From assembly GCA_044226015.1 (NCBI GenBank), contig JBGAHS010000012.1, positions 1 to 64,000 on the forward strand: a stretch of 64,000 nt of DNA. Direction: 5' to 3'. This document shows positions 38,715-48,977 of the stretch, piece by piece (the first letter of the stretch is position 1; each line of letters opens with the position of its first letter). The translations under genes and the position numbers were made by a program. The DNA is from Candidatus Obscuribacteraceae bacterium (lineage in GTDB: Bacteria > Cyanobacteriota > Vampirovibrionia > Obscuribacterales > Obscuribacteraceae). The notes beneath the pieces were generated by a model. That model had not been told where the DNA came from. It did not search any database and was given only the letters and a program-made list of their open reading frames with translations.

Positions 38715-40223
38715 ATGGCTGATGAACGTGCAACTGATCTTCAGAAAGAAGAACAAAAACTGAGCACTACTGAAGCCAGCCAACTCAAAGAAGAGCAAGA
38801 AAATGCTGCGAAGATAGTGCTGGCATCTGAGCCTAGCGACTCAAATCGCGAACTTTCTGCGGATGCTTCCTCGCTCGCGAAGAATCCCGTGGATCCAAAT
38901 GCGCAGGGGACGGAAGCTGAAAAGAATTCCTCGGACGGGGCGGGTAGCTCAAATCCAATTGACCCGGGCGCTGCACAAGACCATTTCTTCAAAGCATCTA
39001 TCAGTCATCAAATTTTGACCCTGGTCGGCGCCGGTTTTCTGTGCTTCGAATTTATTTTCTTGTATATGTATTTTGACTCTTTCTGGTTTGCTGTAGACCT
39101 CAGCACTTACGGGCTAATCACCATCCTTATTGCAGTTGCAATAGCTCATTGCCTTCTTACATTTGCAGAATCTGATTTCTTCGCCAATCGAATGTTCCTT
39201 CTGTTAAAAGGTCGTCCGGGTGCGGTTTATCGTAAGTGGATCAAGTTAGAGAAGGACTTCCTGGTCTTTGGAGTCCGACGGGTGAATTTGAGCACCATTG
39301 ATGAACTCGAGCTGAGTTGGTTCGGTAATCTAATTGTAAAAACTCGCACCATATGTGGTGCTGCCGCGAAACAGCCTGATGTCGTATTGAAGATACCATT
39401 TGCGGCCGGAAGTTTTGCCGCCCAAGAGGAACTACTGCGGCGCATCAGGGCTCATCGACCTGAGCTCGTCGTCAATAAAAAATTGAAAGAGCGAAATGTT
39501 ACATGGCAGCAGGGAACTCAGATTACTCAGCTCGTGACTGCTGGATTGATGACACTGCTGCTTCTGGATGTTGGCTTCTCTTCGTTCTATTATTTGGAGC
39601 TTCTGAAGCACTTCTATCTGGCTGAAACCGCTTTGTTGCTCAATCATACTGACGATGCTAATGCGCATTTTTTGCGAGCAGAGCAGTTGCGTACACATCC
39701 TCTGCCTGTCTCCTGGGTGAGTTCCAAATTTCTAAAGAGTTCAACAGTTGCTGCCGGCATTTGGGAGCAGCGTGCGCGAATTTTGTGGCTTCAAGGAAAG
39801 CATGAGGAAGCCCTCGATAACAGCAAAAAATCTGTGGCAGAAGCACCGACGAATTTGCGACACCGACTTTACCAGACCCGGTTGTTGGAAGCTGAGAATA
39901 AAGTTGGAGATTCAGACGAGCAACTAGAGCAGATTTTGAAGGACCACAAACACAGCCTTTTGCCCCGTCTCTATCTTTTGGCTATCGCAAAACAAAGAAA
40001 CCCTGACTCGCTCTCGGCAAAATATAAGGAGCAGTTGGACAAATGCTATGAAGATACATTTGAAAATGAGCCGCAGTGGCCGCCCGGCGGCAACCGACAC
40101 TTTGTAGAACTGTTTTATAGTGACGACGTGATCTTTCTTCTAGATCGCTATCTAGGAACCGGGTACACTCCTCCCGTGTATGAGGAGCCCGGCGCTCCCG
40201 AGAAAGAAGCGAAGAAAGAATAG
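38715..40223 (+). CDS. Hypothetical membrane protein with TPR-like C-terminus
   Basis: 502-aa ORF with about 3 TM segments and helical repeats; starts 11 nt after the kinase. Confidence 0.7.
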   Translation: MADERATDLQKEEQKLSTTEASQLKEEQENAAKIVLASEPSDSNRELSADASSLAKNPVDPNAQGTEAEKNSSDGAGSSNPIDPGAAQDHFFKASISHQILTLVGAGFLCFEFIFLYMYFDSFWFAVDLSTYGLITILIAVAIAHCLLTFAESDFFANRMFLLLKGRPGAVYRKWIKLEKDFLVFGVRRVNLSTIDELELSWFGNLIVKTRTICGAAAKQPDVVLKIPFAAGSFAAQEELLRRIRAHRPELVVNKKLKERNVTWQQGTQITQLVTAGLMTLLLLDVGFSSFYYLELLKHFYLAETALLLNHTDDANAHFLRAEQLRTHPLPVSWVSSKFLKSSTVAAGIWEQRARILWLQGKHEEALDNSKKSVAEAPTNLRHRLYQTRLLEAENKVGDSDEQLEQILKDHKHSLLPRLYLLAIAKQRNPDSLSAKYKEQLDKCYEDTFENEPQWPPGGNRHFVELFYSDDVIFLLDRYLGTGYTPPVYEEPGAPEKEAKKE

Positions 40224-40242
40224 CTGCTCGTTCTAAGCTAGA

Positions 40243-41235
40243 TTATCTTCTCGTTCCAGGAGCATAGGGGCGCTCGCTTCCCGGCTTGAGCTTGAAGTAA
40301 TTTATTACACCTTGCGCGATGTGCTTGGCTTCGGTTTCCTGCCATCTTTGATTTGACATGAATTGCTTGTCGCGTCCGTTTTGCACATTTGCTCCCTCAA
40401 CGAGAATTCCAATAGTGTTCACGCCTCTAAGCCCTATAAGCTTTCCGTTGTGAGTTACGGTGTCGGGATTAATGCATGCAGGAGCGTTTTCTCTGTTTCG
40501 AACATTCCATGCAGCTTTCTGTATAGTCTGAGCAAGCGTCATCGATTCATTTCGCTTGGGTTCGGCGTAATAGACGCACTGACCGCTTTCTCCAGAGCTA
40601 TCGTTATCGTGGTGAATGCTGATGTAAATTGAGTCTGCTTTTGTTCGAGCAATATCTGAATTGACGACGTTGTTTCTTCTTGCAAGGTCTTCTTGTTTGG
40701 AAATTGGCGCCGGTGGACGTTCAGGGTCCCATGTTGGAATAACTCTAAAACCGGCTGACTTGAGGTCGCTAATCAAAAATTTGCCAACAGCTTTGTTGAT
40801 CTGGCACTCATTGTAAGCGTCAGACTGAAAGCCTTTGTCAATGTTTTCAGAGTCTTTGCTGGTGCAATGACCTATATCAACATAAACGGTTTTGCCATTT
40901 GCAGCGGTCTGATTGTTTTCCTTTCCTGGGTTGAGCTTAAAGTCGGGAAGGACGGGTTGTGGTCGTGAAGTTCCAGGTCGCTGGTCTCTAGGATCAACCT
41001 TTGGTTCTACTTTTGGAGGTTCTAGCTTTTGTGGTTCTACCTTAGGTGGGTCAATTCTGAGTTGGGGCAATCCCTCAACTTGTTTTGGTGGGTCTTTCTT
41101 CTCGAAAGGTGAGTTGCGAAGATGTGGGTAGTCCTGCGGTGTTGCTACAGCGTTACAGACACTGTCGCCAATGCCCATTTGCTTTGCATAAGCGCAGAGC
41201 GCATCATCTTTCTTTGACTCAAAATTCTCGCCCAT
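40243..41235 (-). CDS. N-acetylmuramoyl-L-alanine amidase (Amidase_3)
   Basis: VYVDIGH, NE..IN, L.RR, YISIHHD and ILVEG zinc/catalytic motifs. ATG 41235 chosen as start. Confidence 0.85.
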   Translation of the reverse strand: MGENFESKKDDALCAYAKQMGIGDSVCNAVATPQDYPHLRNSPFEKKDPPKQVEGLPQLRIDPPKVEPQKLEPPKVEPKVDPRDQRPGTSRPQPVLPDFKLNPGKENNQTAANGKTVYVDIGHCTSKDSENIDKGFQSDAYNECQINKAVGKFLISDLKSAGFRVIPTWDPERPPAPISKQEDLARRNNVVNSDIARTKADSIYISIHHDNDSSGESGQCVYYAEPKRNESMTLAQTIQKAAWNVRNRENAPACINPDTVTHNGKLIGLRGVNTIGILVEGANVQNGRDKQFMSNQRWQETEAKHIAQGVINYFKLKPGSERPYAPGTRR

Positions 41236-41389
41236 GAAATTTTTCCAATAAACCCGATAAGCTAACAATAATAGGTATTGGCTTGAACGGAAATGCGGAA
41301 ATCACCTTAGAGAAATGCACAATTATGCAGCTGCATTTCCTGAAGAATAAAGGAATGGCGCCACTCCAATTTTCATTCGGTTTTCATGC

Positions 41390-42655
41390 TTGTTTCATAT
41401 ACTCAGATTCTCCTGCTGGCGGCAGATAGACGATAACGAGATAAATACAGTGATAAGTAATCCAAAAATATTTGAAAGCAACCCTCTGTGGGGAATAGAC
41501 TGGCAAAATGTTCGTCAGCAATGGTCATTAGACTACTCGATTTTTCAATTCAGTCATGGGGCGTATGGAGCTTGCCCTGATCTGGTGTATCAAAAGCAAA
41601 AGCGTATGCTTGATCACATACAGAAAAATCCGACTGGGTTCTTTCGCCGAGAGTTGCTACCACTACTAGAGTCAGCACGATTACAGGTTGCGGAGTATTG
41701 TGGCGCGAATCCGAACAATCTGGCTTGGGTGAGAAACGCGACTGATGGCATGACAGTTGCAATAAATGCACTTTCGGTCGACGCAAACGATGAGCTGCTC
41801 ATCACAGATCACATCTACGAGTCTGTTCGCGTAGCAGTTCAGCGCTCTAGCAAACAAACAGGAGTTCGAATTGTAGAGGCAAAAGTTCCGCTTACTTCAA
41901 GTGATGATGAGCTAATTGCAGCTATTGAGTCAAAGCTAAGTTGCCGCACGAAGGCCGTCATCATCGATGAAATCGCTTCACCTACTGGGCGCATTTTTCC
42001 TGTATCTAGAATCGCTGAAATAACTAAATCTCGAAGAATTCCGCTCTTGGTGGATGCTGCCCATGCACCAGGTATGCTGCTGCTCGATGTGGAAAACTGT
42101 GGAGCCGACATCTGGGTTGGAAACTTTCATAAATGGGTTTGTGCTCCTCACGTTGCAGGAGTTCTGTGGGCGAGCCCTGAATGGCACGATAGATTGCTTC
42201 CTCTGAGTGCCAGCTTTAGAGAGCCTTTGTCTTACCCACACAATTTTGGAAGACTGGGTACAGACGATTTAACTCCCGCTATTCATGTTCCAGATGCAAT
42301 CGAATTCTTGAATAATCTCGGCGCTGAGAAGGTGCGAAATTACAGTTGTGAACTGGCTCTGTACGGTGCAAAAGTTATCGCTGAGGCTTTGAAGACAGAG
42401 CCTGTGCCAGGCAGGTTTGCTGCGCGAACCCCAATTGCATTGCCTGCAGGCGTTGCGAATACCGATGAAATCGCATACGCAATGCAAGCTGAAATAGCGA
42501 CCGAACTTGCGGCAGAACTCTCGGTGGCGGGTCCACTAAATAACGGATCAGCAGGCTACATTCTCATCTCGGCTTTTGCCTATAATCATCCCGATGAATA
42601 TCACTTATTTGCCGAACGATTAGTGGCTTGGCTGAAGTCAAAATCACTAATCTAG
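41390..42655 (+). CDS. Class V PLP-dependent enzyme (isopenicillin N epimerase / C-S lyase-like)
   Basis: HGAYGACP, NATDG, LVDAAHAPG, GNFHKW and GTDD motifs. Start uncertain. Confidence 0.85.
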   Translation: MFHILRFSCWRQIDDNEINTVISNPKIFESNPLWGIDWQNVRQQWSLDYSIFQFSHGAYGACPDLVYQKQKRMLDHIQKNPTGFFRRELLPLLESARLQVAEYCGANPNNLAWVRNATDGMTVAINALSVDANDELLITDHIYESVRVAVQRSSKQTGVRIVEAKVPLTSSDDELIAAIESKLSCRTKAVIIDEIASPTGRIFPVSRIAEITKSRRIPLLVDAAHAPGMLLLDVENCGADIWVGNFHKWVCAPHVAGVLWASPEWHDRLLPLSASFREPLSYPHNFGRLGTDDLTPAIHVPDAIEFLNNLGAEKVRNYSCELALYGAKVIAEALKTEPVPGRFAARTPIALPAGVANTDEIAYAMQAEIATELAAELSVAGPLNNGSAGYILISAFAYNHPDEYHLFAERLVAWLKSKSLI

Positions 42656-42780
42656 CTGTGGAGAAATCGTGCGATGTGTTTTGATTGCTTGCTGAAGTTT
42701 GGGCTCTTTGGCTGTGCATAGACCAATCCATAATCAAAGAATCCTGTAGAAGGATCCCGCTGGCAATGCGTTGGGCGATA

Positions 42781-43965
42781 CTACTTGTTGAGAATGCTCT
42801 GAAATTTCTTTTCGGAGCTGAGTTTCTCTGCTATGACAGGGAAGAGTTTTACTCCGCCATAAGCGTTGAGGTGCACTGTGTCTAGATAATCTGTAGGCTG
42901 GAAAAGCCCACTATCGCTGAGGTCGAACCATTCAGCATTGTTTTGTTTGCATGTTTTGGAAACATCTGCGCGAAACTTCGTCCAGAATTTTTCAGGAAGC
43001 AATTTCCTGTTTTCTGGCGTGGTTGGCATAGCCACTACCATGACGGTGATGCCTTGTTTGTTGAGATTGCTCAACCATTGTTGAAAGAACTGCATTTCAG
43101 CTGCGTAGGAAGAGCTTGCAGGGTCTCTGAAGCGTTCTTTGTACTCGGCTGTATTATCTACGCGTGAGGGAACTGCTCTAGCTGGCACCATCGAAGTGCC
43201 TGGTTCTACGCGCGAGATTGAGGTGCTTTCGTATTCAGCTTTGCTAGGCTCAGCATATTTGTTTAAGGACAGTTTGCTGGCTGTCTTAATAGGTAACTTT
43301 TCTATTTCAGCACCTAATCGTGAAAAGAAATCAGGGTAAGCTTTGGCATCATCTTTGGCCACATCAAGAAATCTGGAGAAGAACTTGTAGTGGTCTGTTG
43401 ACGCTGGGCAAGGCAATGTGTTGTCGATAAAATCTCTCGGTGCGATAGTGGCAATAACTAGCTTTGGCTTTTTCGTGTTTGTGAAAAGAGCTTTGCTAAT
43501 AACATAAGAGTCTGAAATCATTTGCCCGGGGCTTCCGAGGCTGAATATGGAAACATCATGCCCCAGCCGCTGTTTCAGCTGGCTTCCGAGGAAGGACATT
43601 TGTCTATGTGCCAGCACATCAAGCAACTTTGATTCGAAGTTAGCGTCAGCCGAGATATGTGCGGAACCCAAAAGCGAACTTCCGAATACCACCACATCTG
43701 GTGCTGCTGGAAGCTCCTGATAATATCTGGCGAGCCACCAGGCCCAACTGTGACTCTGCTTGATATTGTTGGCTTGCTCTTCAGCTGCTTGCTGCAAAAC
43801 TTCGGGGATTTGACGAGGCTCAGTTTTGGAGTTTGAAATCGCCCAATTTATGCCAGCAAAAAAAACTAGAGCTGCAAAAAATGCTGTGCTGAAAAAGGCT
43901 GCAGAGTACTTTCTGCTGTTTACTGCAATCTTCTCATTTTCTGTTTGTGGCTTAAGAGTTTGCAT
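42781..43965 (-). CDS. SGNH/DltD-like (DUF1574-type) membrane-anchored protein, paralog 3
   Basis: N-terminal TM; FGSS, PGQMISD, PRDFID and DTVHLN motifs. Confidence 0.75.
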   Translation of the reverse strand: MQTLKPQTENEKIAVNSRKYSAAFFSTAFFAALVFFAGINWAISNSKTEPRQIPEVLQQAAEEQANNIKQSHSWAWWLARYYQELPAAPDVVVFGSSLLGSAHISADANFESKLLDVLAHRQMSFLGSQLKQRLGHDVSIFSLGSPGQMISDSYVISKALFTNTKKPKLVIATIAPRDFIDNTLPCPASTDHYKFFSRFLDVAKDDAKAYPDFFSRLGAEIEKLPIKTASKLSLNKYAEPSKAEYESTSISRVEPGTSMVPARAVPSRVDNTAEYKERFRDPASSSYAAEMQFFQQWLSNLNKQGITVMVVAMPTTPENRKLLPEKFWTKFRADVSKTCKQNNAEWFDLSDSGLFQPTDYLDTVHLNAYGGVKLFPVIAEKLSSEKKFQSILNK

Positions 43966-43974
43966 TCCGCTTCC

Positions 43975-45282
43975 TTAGAAAGTTGGTACTACGGGGCGAG
44001 ATGCAATGTCTTTCTGTTTGGCAAAATGCTGTCCAGACATCTCTACGATGGCGCTAACGCGCGGGTCTATCTTCATATAGTTAGTTAGACGGTCCAAGAA
44101 TTTCTGTCCACCAAATGCGTTCAAATGAACGGTGTCATGGTATTCCTTGCGGGTGAATGCGCTGAAATCGTTTGTGTCATAAACGGCAATGCGATTTCGA
44201 ATTCCGAACTCTCTTAGCTGCTGCAGATAACCGATGTAACCGCCTGGTTTCAGCAAAGCGATGTTTTCCAGGCTGATAGGCATGTTTACGACTATGAATT
44301 CGATGCGTTCTTTACGGCAGAATTCGGCAATCTTACTCAGGAAGAACATCTGTGTGTTGAATGTATGTTTGTCTGGGTTTTTGTACCGTTGCTTGTATTC
44401 AACAGTATTGTCTGTATACTTCGCTTCTGCAGTTGCGCGGTCTATCGGACCAGCCATCACAGCTTCTGGGTGAATTTCTGCCGGCAGATAATTTGGAAGC
44501 AGCTTCTGTCTGTCCCACCAGGTGAAGGGTGTCTTGCTCCACGGACGGGGGGCGAGCACAGCCAAAACATTTGACCAGGCACCGTCAAATGCTCCTCTAA
44601 TGTCAACGCTGTGGTGATACAGATAAAGGTTACGCTGCATCAGCCAATCGACCTTGCTCCACGGAGAGCGAAATACTTTTGCTGCTACATCATCTATGTT
44701 GACTATGCGGGTGATGTACTTGAACGCATCGGTGTCACCAGGGGCGGTGAGTGTGCTGTCGATAAAGTCTCTTGGGGCCACACCATATATGACGATATCA
44801 GGACGGTTAGCGCTGGCTACCATGCCTTTCAGTGTGATGTAGGCATCAGATGGCATTTGTCCTGGTGCTGCCAGGCTGCAAGACTCAAATTCAGTGTTTG
44901 GGAAACTGCGTTTTAACGCGTCTTCCAGGTAAACAGAACGGTGATGATTTGTCAGGTCTAACCCTTTGTTCAAATAGTTGGCATCGCAGCCGGCCAGCGC
45001 ACTTACCATGGTTGAAGAGCCAAGTAAGGCGATATTACTTACGCGCGTTGTCTGACGCAATTCGTTGAATTGCCACCAGGCCCAGCCATGATAGTTGAAA
45101 TGGTATGGGTCAAAGGGAAAAGGTGTGAAGAAGGTGCAGGCTGCATTCAAAACGGCAAAAATCGCTGCAGCAAGCAAAAATTTGCTGCGGAAACGATACT
45201 TCCTGGGTTCATGCTTCAGTTCAGGATGTTCGCTTTGATGAGCTGGCGTAGCGACAGCTTTATCTGGCGCCTGCACCGTCAT
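43975..45282 (-). CDS. SGNH/DltD-like (DUF1574-type) membrane-anchored protein, paralog 2
   Basis: N-terminal TM; LGSS, PGQMPSD, PRDFID and DTVHLN motifs. Confidence 0.75.
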   Translation of the reverse strand: MTVQAPDKAVATPAHQSEHPELKHEPRKYRFRSKFLLAAAIFAVLNAACTFFTPFPFDPYHFNYHGWAWWQFNELRQTTRVSNIALLGSSTMVSALAGCDANYLNKGLDLTNHHRSVYLEDALKRSFPNTEFESCSLAAPGQMPSDAYITLKGMVASANRPDIVIYGVAPRDFIDSTLTAPGDTDAFKYITRIVNIDDVAAKVFRSPWSKVDWLMQRNLYLYHHSVDIRGAFDGAWSNVLAVLAPRPWSKTPFTWWDRQKLLPNYLPAEIHPEAVMAGPIDRATAEAKYTDNTVEYKQRYKNPDKHTFNTQMFFLSKIAEFCRKERIEFIVVNMPISLENIALLKPGGYIGYLQQLREFGIRNRIAVYDTNDFSAFTRKEYHDTVHLNAFGGQKFLDRLTNYMKIDPRVSAIVEMSGQHFAKQKDIASRPVVPTF

Positions 45283-46493
45283 AGGCGCTCTCCTCTTTCT
45301 GCTACCTGAGTATCAGCATGCTTGTTTTGCAGGGCTGAAAGAACTGATTGGTCGACGGCTAATTGATCCGTCAGCAAGTCAAACAATCTCTTGCCACCAC
45401 CTGAATGCAGGTGTACTGTGTCACCAAAATCTTTCTGGCTGAATTCAGGACTCTTGGAAAAATCGACGAGACTGCATCCTTTCTCCTTGGCTAAGCTGAT
45501 GACGCCATTGCGATATGCGTTCCAGGCCTGGTCGCTGAGCAGGCTGCGATTGAGTTCGGTGATAGGCATAGTTACGACCACAACTTTGATGCCGCGCGCC
45601 TGTGCTGTCTCGATTGTCTCCTTGAAAAAACGCATCTGGGAATTGTATGTTTCCCATTTCATTTTCTTGTAGCGTTTCCTGTACTCATCTAAATTGTCCA
45701 CGAAGTTGCCTTGCTGTTCGCCCGTCATCGGACGAAACCAGGCTTGTCCCTTCAAAATTTCAGTTGGATGGTAGTCGGGCATCAACGCTCTGCGCTCATC
45801 GAACGTTGCAGCTCTCTCTCCCAGGGGCACTGGCAGTGCTTCGTCGAGAACATTGCTAGCGAGTTTGTTAGCATTGTTTGCTATATCGACACGCTTGCCA
45901 TAGAAGTAGCAAGCTTTGCCGAGAACAAAATCAAGCCGTTCTTGCCAGTCGGTCATTAACCTGGTGGCAAATGGCGTGACGTCACCAAATCGCGAAATGA
46001 AACGAAAAGGGTCAGTTGATGCTGGGCTAGGAAGCATGTTGTCGAGGAAGTCTCGAGGACCTACTCCGTAAACGATAACTTCTGGCTTTTTATCGCCTTT
46101 CAATAAATTGTTGACGATCAAAAACGCATCGGATGGCATTTCGCCCGGCAGCGCAAATGTGAAGGTGCTGGTGTTTATACCAGCTTTCTTCTTCATTTCA
46201 TTTTCGAAGTAGGCTGAATGATGGTGCTGGCTGCCATCAACCCGTTTGTTCAAGAAGTCGGCATCCACTCCATCCAGTGGTACAAGCATCAGAGAAGAAC
46301 CGAGAAATACAAGTTCAGGGGCTTTCTTCTGTTCAAGAAAGTCCTTGATAGTCCATGCTGTCCAACTCAAAAACGGAAAGTCTTCCGGTTTTGCGCTGGC
46401 AAACTGCAGGTACCCTGCGCCTGCAGCCAGCATTGAGAATGCCAGCAATGCTGCGGCAAATCTCGTTTTAACTAGTCCCTGTAGAGCTCCCAT
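45279..46493 (-). CDS. SGNH/DltD-like (DUF1574-type) membrane-anchored protein, paralog 1
   Basis: N-terminal signal/TM; LGSS, PGEMPSD, PRDFLD and DTVHLH motifs. Confidence 0.75.
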   Translation of the reverse strand: MGALQGLVKTRFAAALLAFSMLAAGAGYLQFASAKPEDFPFLSWTAWTIKDFLEQKKAPELVFLGSSLMLVPLDGVDADFLNKRVDGSQHHHSAYFENEMKKKAGINTSTFTFALPGEMPSDAFLIVNNLLKGDKKPEVIVYGVGPRDFLDNMLPSPASTDPFRFISRFGDVTPFATRLMTDWQERLDFVLGKACYFYGKRVDIANNANKLASNVLDEALPVPLGERAATFDERRALMPDYHPTEILKGQAWFRPMTGEQQGNFVDNLDEYRKRYKKMKWETYNSQMRFFKETIETAQARGIKVVVVTMPITELNRSLLSDQAWNAYRNGVISLAKEKGCSLVDFSKSPEFSQKDFGDTVHLHSGGGKRLFDLLTDQLAVDQSVLSALQNKHADTQVAERGERL

Positions 46494-46556
46494 TTTTATG
46501 GTGCCTCGTTTCCTTGATTCCTGTATTTCTAGTTTTCGACTGTTGCCAGCCTCACT

Positions 46557-48014
46557 CTAGAACTGGAAGTAGATGAACTTCGGTGATGTATCAGGGCTGA
46601 AGATGGTCAAAATGCAAAGCATTGCAACCATTACGCCGACTTGCACCGGCCATGGTGGATTGAGGTAGAACTTCTTGTCATTGAGCCAATTCACAACAAC
46701 GTGAGCAATCATCAACAGTGGAATCAATACAAGAATTGAAGGGAAGATGATCGGGTCGCGAATCTGGAGAATGGTCAGTTGCGACATACTGAAGTTCATT
46801 AATGCCTGTGGTACTTCAGCGAGTTTGCTCAGAACCTGCATTGCATTTTGTTCTGTTTCAGCGCGGAACAGTACCCAGCCAACACACACAAAGTGGAATG
46901 TGACGATTACGGAAAGCACATGATAGAGCTTCGATTTGACGAGCTTCTGGTGCACGCCGAGCTTTTCCATTGTCTCAACATACATTTTGTGAGCAATTAG
47001 AAGAAGTCCTTGATAGACGCCCCAGAGCAAGTAGTGGTTAGCAGCTCCGTGCCAGAGTCCGCCAAGTGCCATGGTTATGAAAAGGTTTCTGTAAACCATG
47101 GCTTTGCTGCAGCGAGATCCACCTAATGGAATAAAGAGGTAGTCGCGCAGCCATGTGGACAAGCTGATGTGCCAACGGTGCCAGAAATCAGCTGCATTTG
47201 CTGCAAGATATGGCAGATTGAAGTTGATTGGAACTTTGTAGCCAAACAAAAGAGCAGAACCGCGAGCTATATCTGTATAGCCTGCGAAGTCGAAGAAGAT
47301 CTGAAAAGCGAATGCATATGTGATGAGCCACATATCTACAGAGCCGAATTTCTCTGGGTGCGAGAACCCTGCTTGCACTACGAGTGCGAGGTTGTCTGCA
47401 AGCAAGACTTTCTTGCAGAGTCCCATGAGAATTAATTGCATTCCCTGATCAACATATTCCCATTTGAATTTGGCGGGAATATCGAGCTGAGGAATAAAGT
47501 CCTGATAGCGTTTGATAGGACCGGCAATCTGCGTCGGGAAGAATGACGCGAAAAGCGCAAAGTCCATGAATTTCTTGACTGCTGGTTTGCCTCTGTACAC
47601 TTCAACTGCATAGTGGATGAACTCGAACACGAAGAAGGAAATGCCGAGTGGAAGAATGATATGCAGATGTGGTTCGTGCCAGTTTACGTGGAACAGGTTT
47701 AGACCTGTTTTGACACAATCCATACCGAAGTAGGCATATTTGAAGATGCCGAGTGTGATGAGATTGAGAGCCACTACGAGCCCCAGCCACCATTTCTTTT
47801 TGGATACGTCCTCTGATTTTGCAATCAAAGGCACCAGCAAAAAGTTGCCGAGGGTAAGACCGAAAATCAGCAGCCCGTATATTGGGCGCCAGGTCATGTA
47901 GAATATGTAGCTTGCCACCAAAAGTAGTGGCACTCTTAATCTGTGTGGGCAAAGCCAGAACAGCAAAAACACTGTTGGCAAGAACACAAGATATTGAAGG
48001 CTATTGAAAAGCAA
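46557..48014 (-). CDS. MBOAT O-acyltransferase (AlgI/DltB-like)
   Basis: MLFNS, LPLGISFF, FFP..IAGPI, DFAGYTDIA, FWHRWHISLS.WLRDY and GLWHGA motifs. Confidence 0.93.
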   Translation of the reverse strand: MLFNSLQYLVFLPTVFLLFWLCPHRLRVPLLLVASYIFYMTWRPIYGLLIFGLTLGNFLLVPLIAKSEDVSKKKWWLGLVVALNLITLGIFKYAYFGMDCVKTGLNLFHVNWHEPHLHIILPLGISFFVFEFIHYAVEVYRGKPAVKKFMDFALFASFFPTQIAGPIKRYQDFIPQLDIPAKFKWEYVDQGMQLILMGLCKKVLLADNLALVVQAGFSHPEKFGSVDMWLITYAFAFQIFFDFAGYTDIARGSALLFGYKVPINFNLPYLAANAADFWHRWHISLSTWLRDYLFIPLGGSRCSKAMVYRNLFITMALGGLWHGAANHYLLWGVYQGLLLIAHKMYVETMEKLGVHQKLVKSKLYHVLSVIVTFHFVCVGWVLFRAETEQNAMQVLSKLAEVPQALMNFSMSQLTILQIRDPIIFPSILVLIPLLMIAHVVVNWLNDKKFYLNPPWPVQVGVMVAMLCILTIFSPDTSPKFIYFQF

Positions 48015-48366
48015 ACCAAGCTCTCCTTCTTCTTAGGATCACGTTGACAGTAGTTTGGAGTAAAACCCCGAAAGTGTCATTAGACGCCGCAAACGAAGTT
48101 GCCATTTGGCGACTGGCAAATCATAGTCGGTGGATTTCAAGTATGTCCATATGCCCACACTTGTCTTAACTTAAGAATGTTCTTCGGTAGCTTGAATGCT
48201 CCTTATGACAAGCTTTTGCAAGGATGTATATGCATCAGGCTTCGACATAAATCGCTGTTCAAAAATTAACTCAATTAAAGCTTGTTCCTTTCTTTTGACA
48301 TCTTCTGTGTGACATTAATTCGAGACTGAATTCTTCTAAATGATTATGTCTGTCCAATAAAACTCT

Positions 48367-48591
48367 TTGCTTGATTCGCGGAGGATATCTGACATATTTG
48401 TGCGAAATATCTGCAGAATTGGTGATATCTCAATTCTGCGTGCTGGGCAAGAACTCAAACTGCCAACCGCGGAGATGATTGTCCTTCAGAGTCGGCAGTT
48501 TCGTCCATTGCAGGTCAGTGGTCGGGCGATCGCATCCCTACAAGAAACACGAATGCGCATAAGCTTCTCGATGGATCTATCGCGCATATGA
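48367..48591 (+). pseudogene. Possible LysM-domain remnant
   Basis: IF.RN..RIGD.S.LRAGQELKLP resembles the C-terminal half of LysM; the upstream frame is closed. Confidence 0.3.
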
Positions 48592-48977
48592 GTGAATTCT
48601 CGATACCATATGCGATATCACAGTTTCCTGTGATAAATGAGCTGCGCTACGCTAGTGATTCGCATAAGCGAATTACTTTTGGACGGCTGCTCAAAAATGC
48701 CATCATTCTCCAAACGATGGGAGTCAAGCGCGGACGCTACAAAATTGATAACCCCGCTCCTGTTTTAGAACATGCTGAGGATAAGCTTGCCAGCAATTCA
48801 ATCTAGTTGCTCAGTTAGTGGACTTTTTGCCATCCCATGTTTTATAAAGTCCATAATTGATACGTGCAGAAATATCAACACTAAATAGTGCATTGAGCTG
48901 AGGGCTATGCACCACGCTCAATGCGGTCTGCTAACTGAAGACTTCACTCCAAATCGTAGGCTGCTTGCTGAAACGCG

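Noticed and set aside
48526..48533. HIP1 octamer GCGATCGC
   Set aside because: Only one copy was noticed by eye, so there is no sign of the enrichment typical of many oxygenic cyanobacteria.
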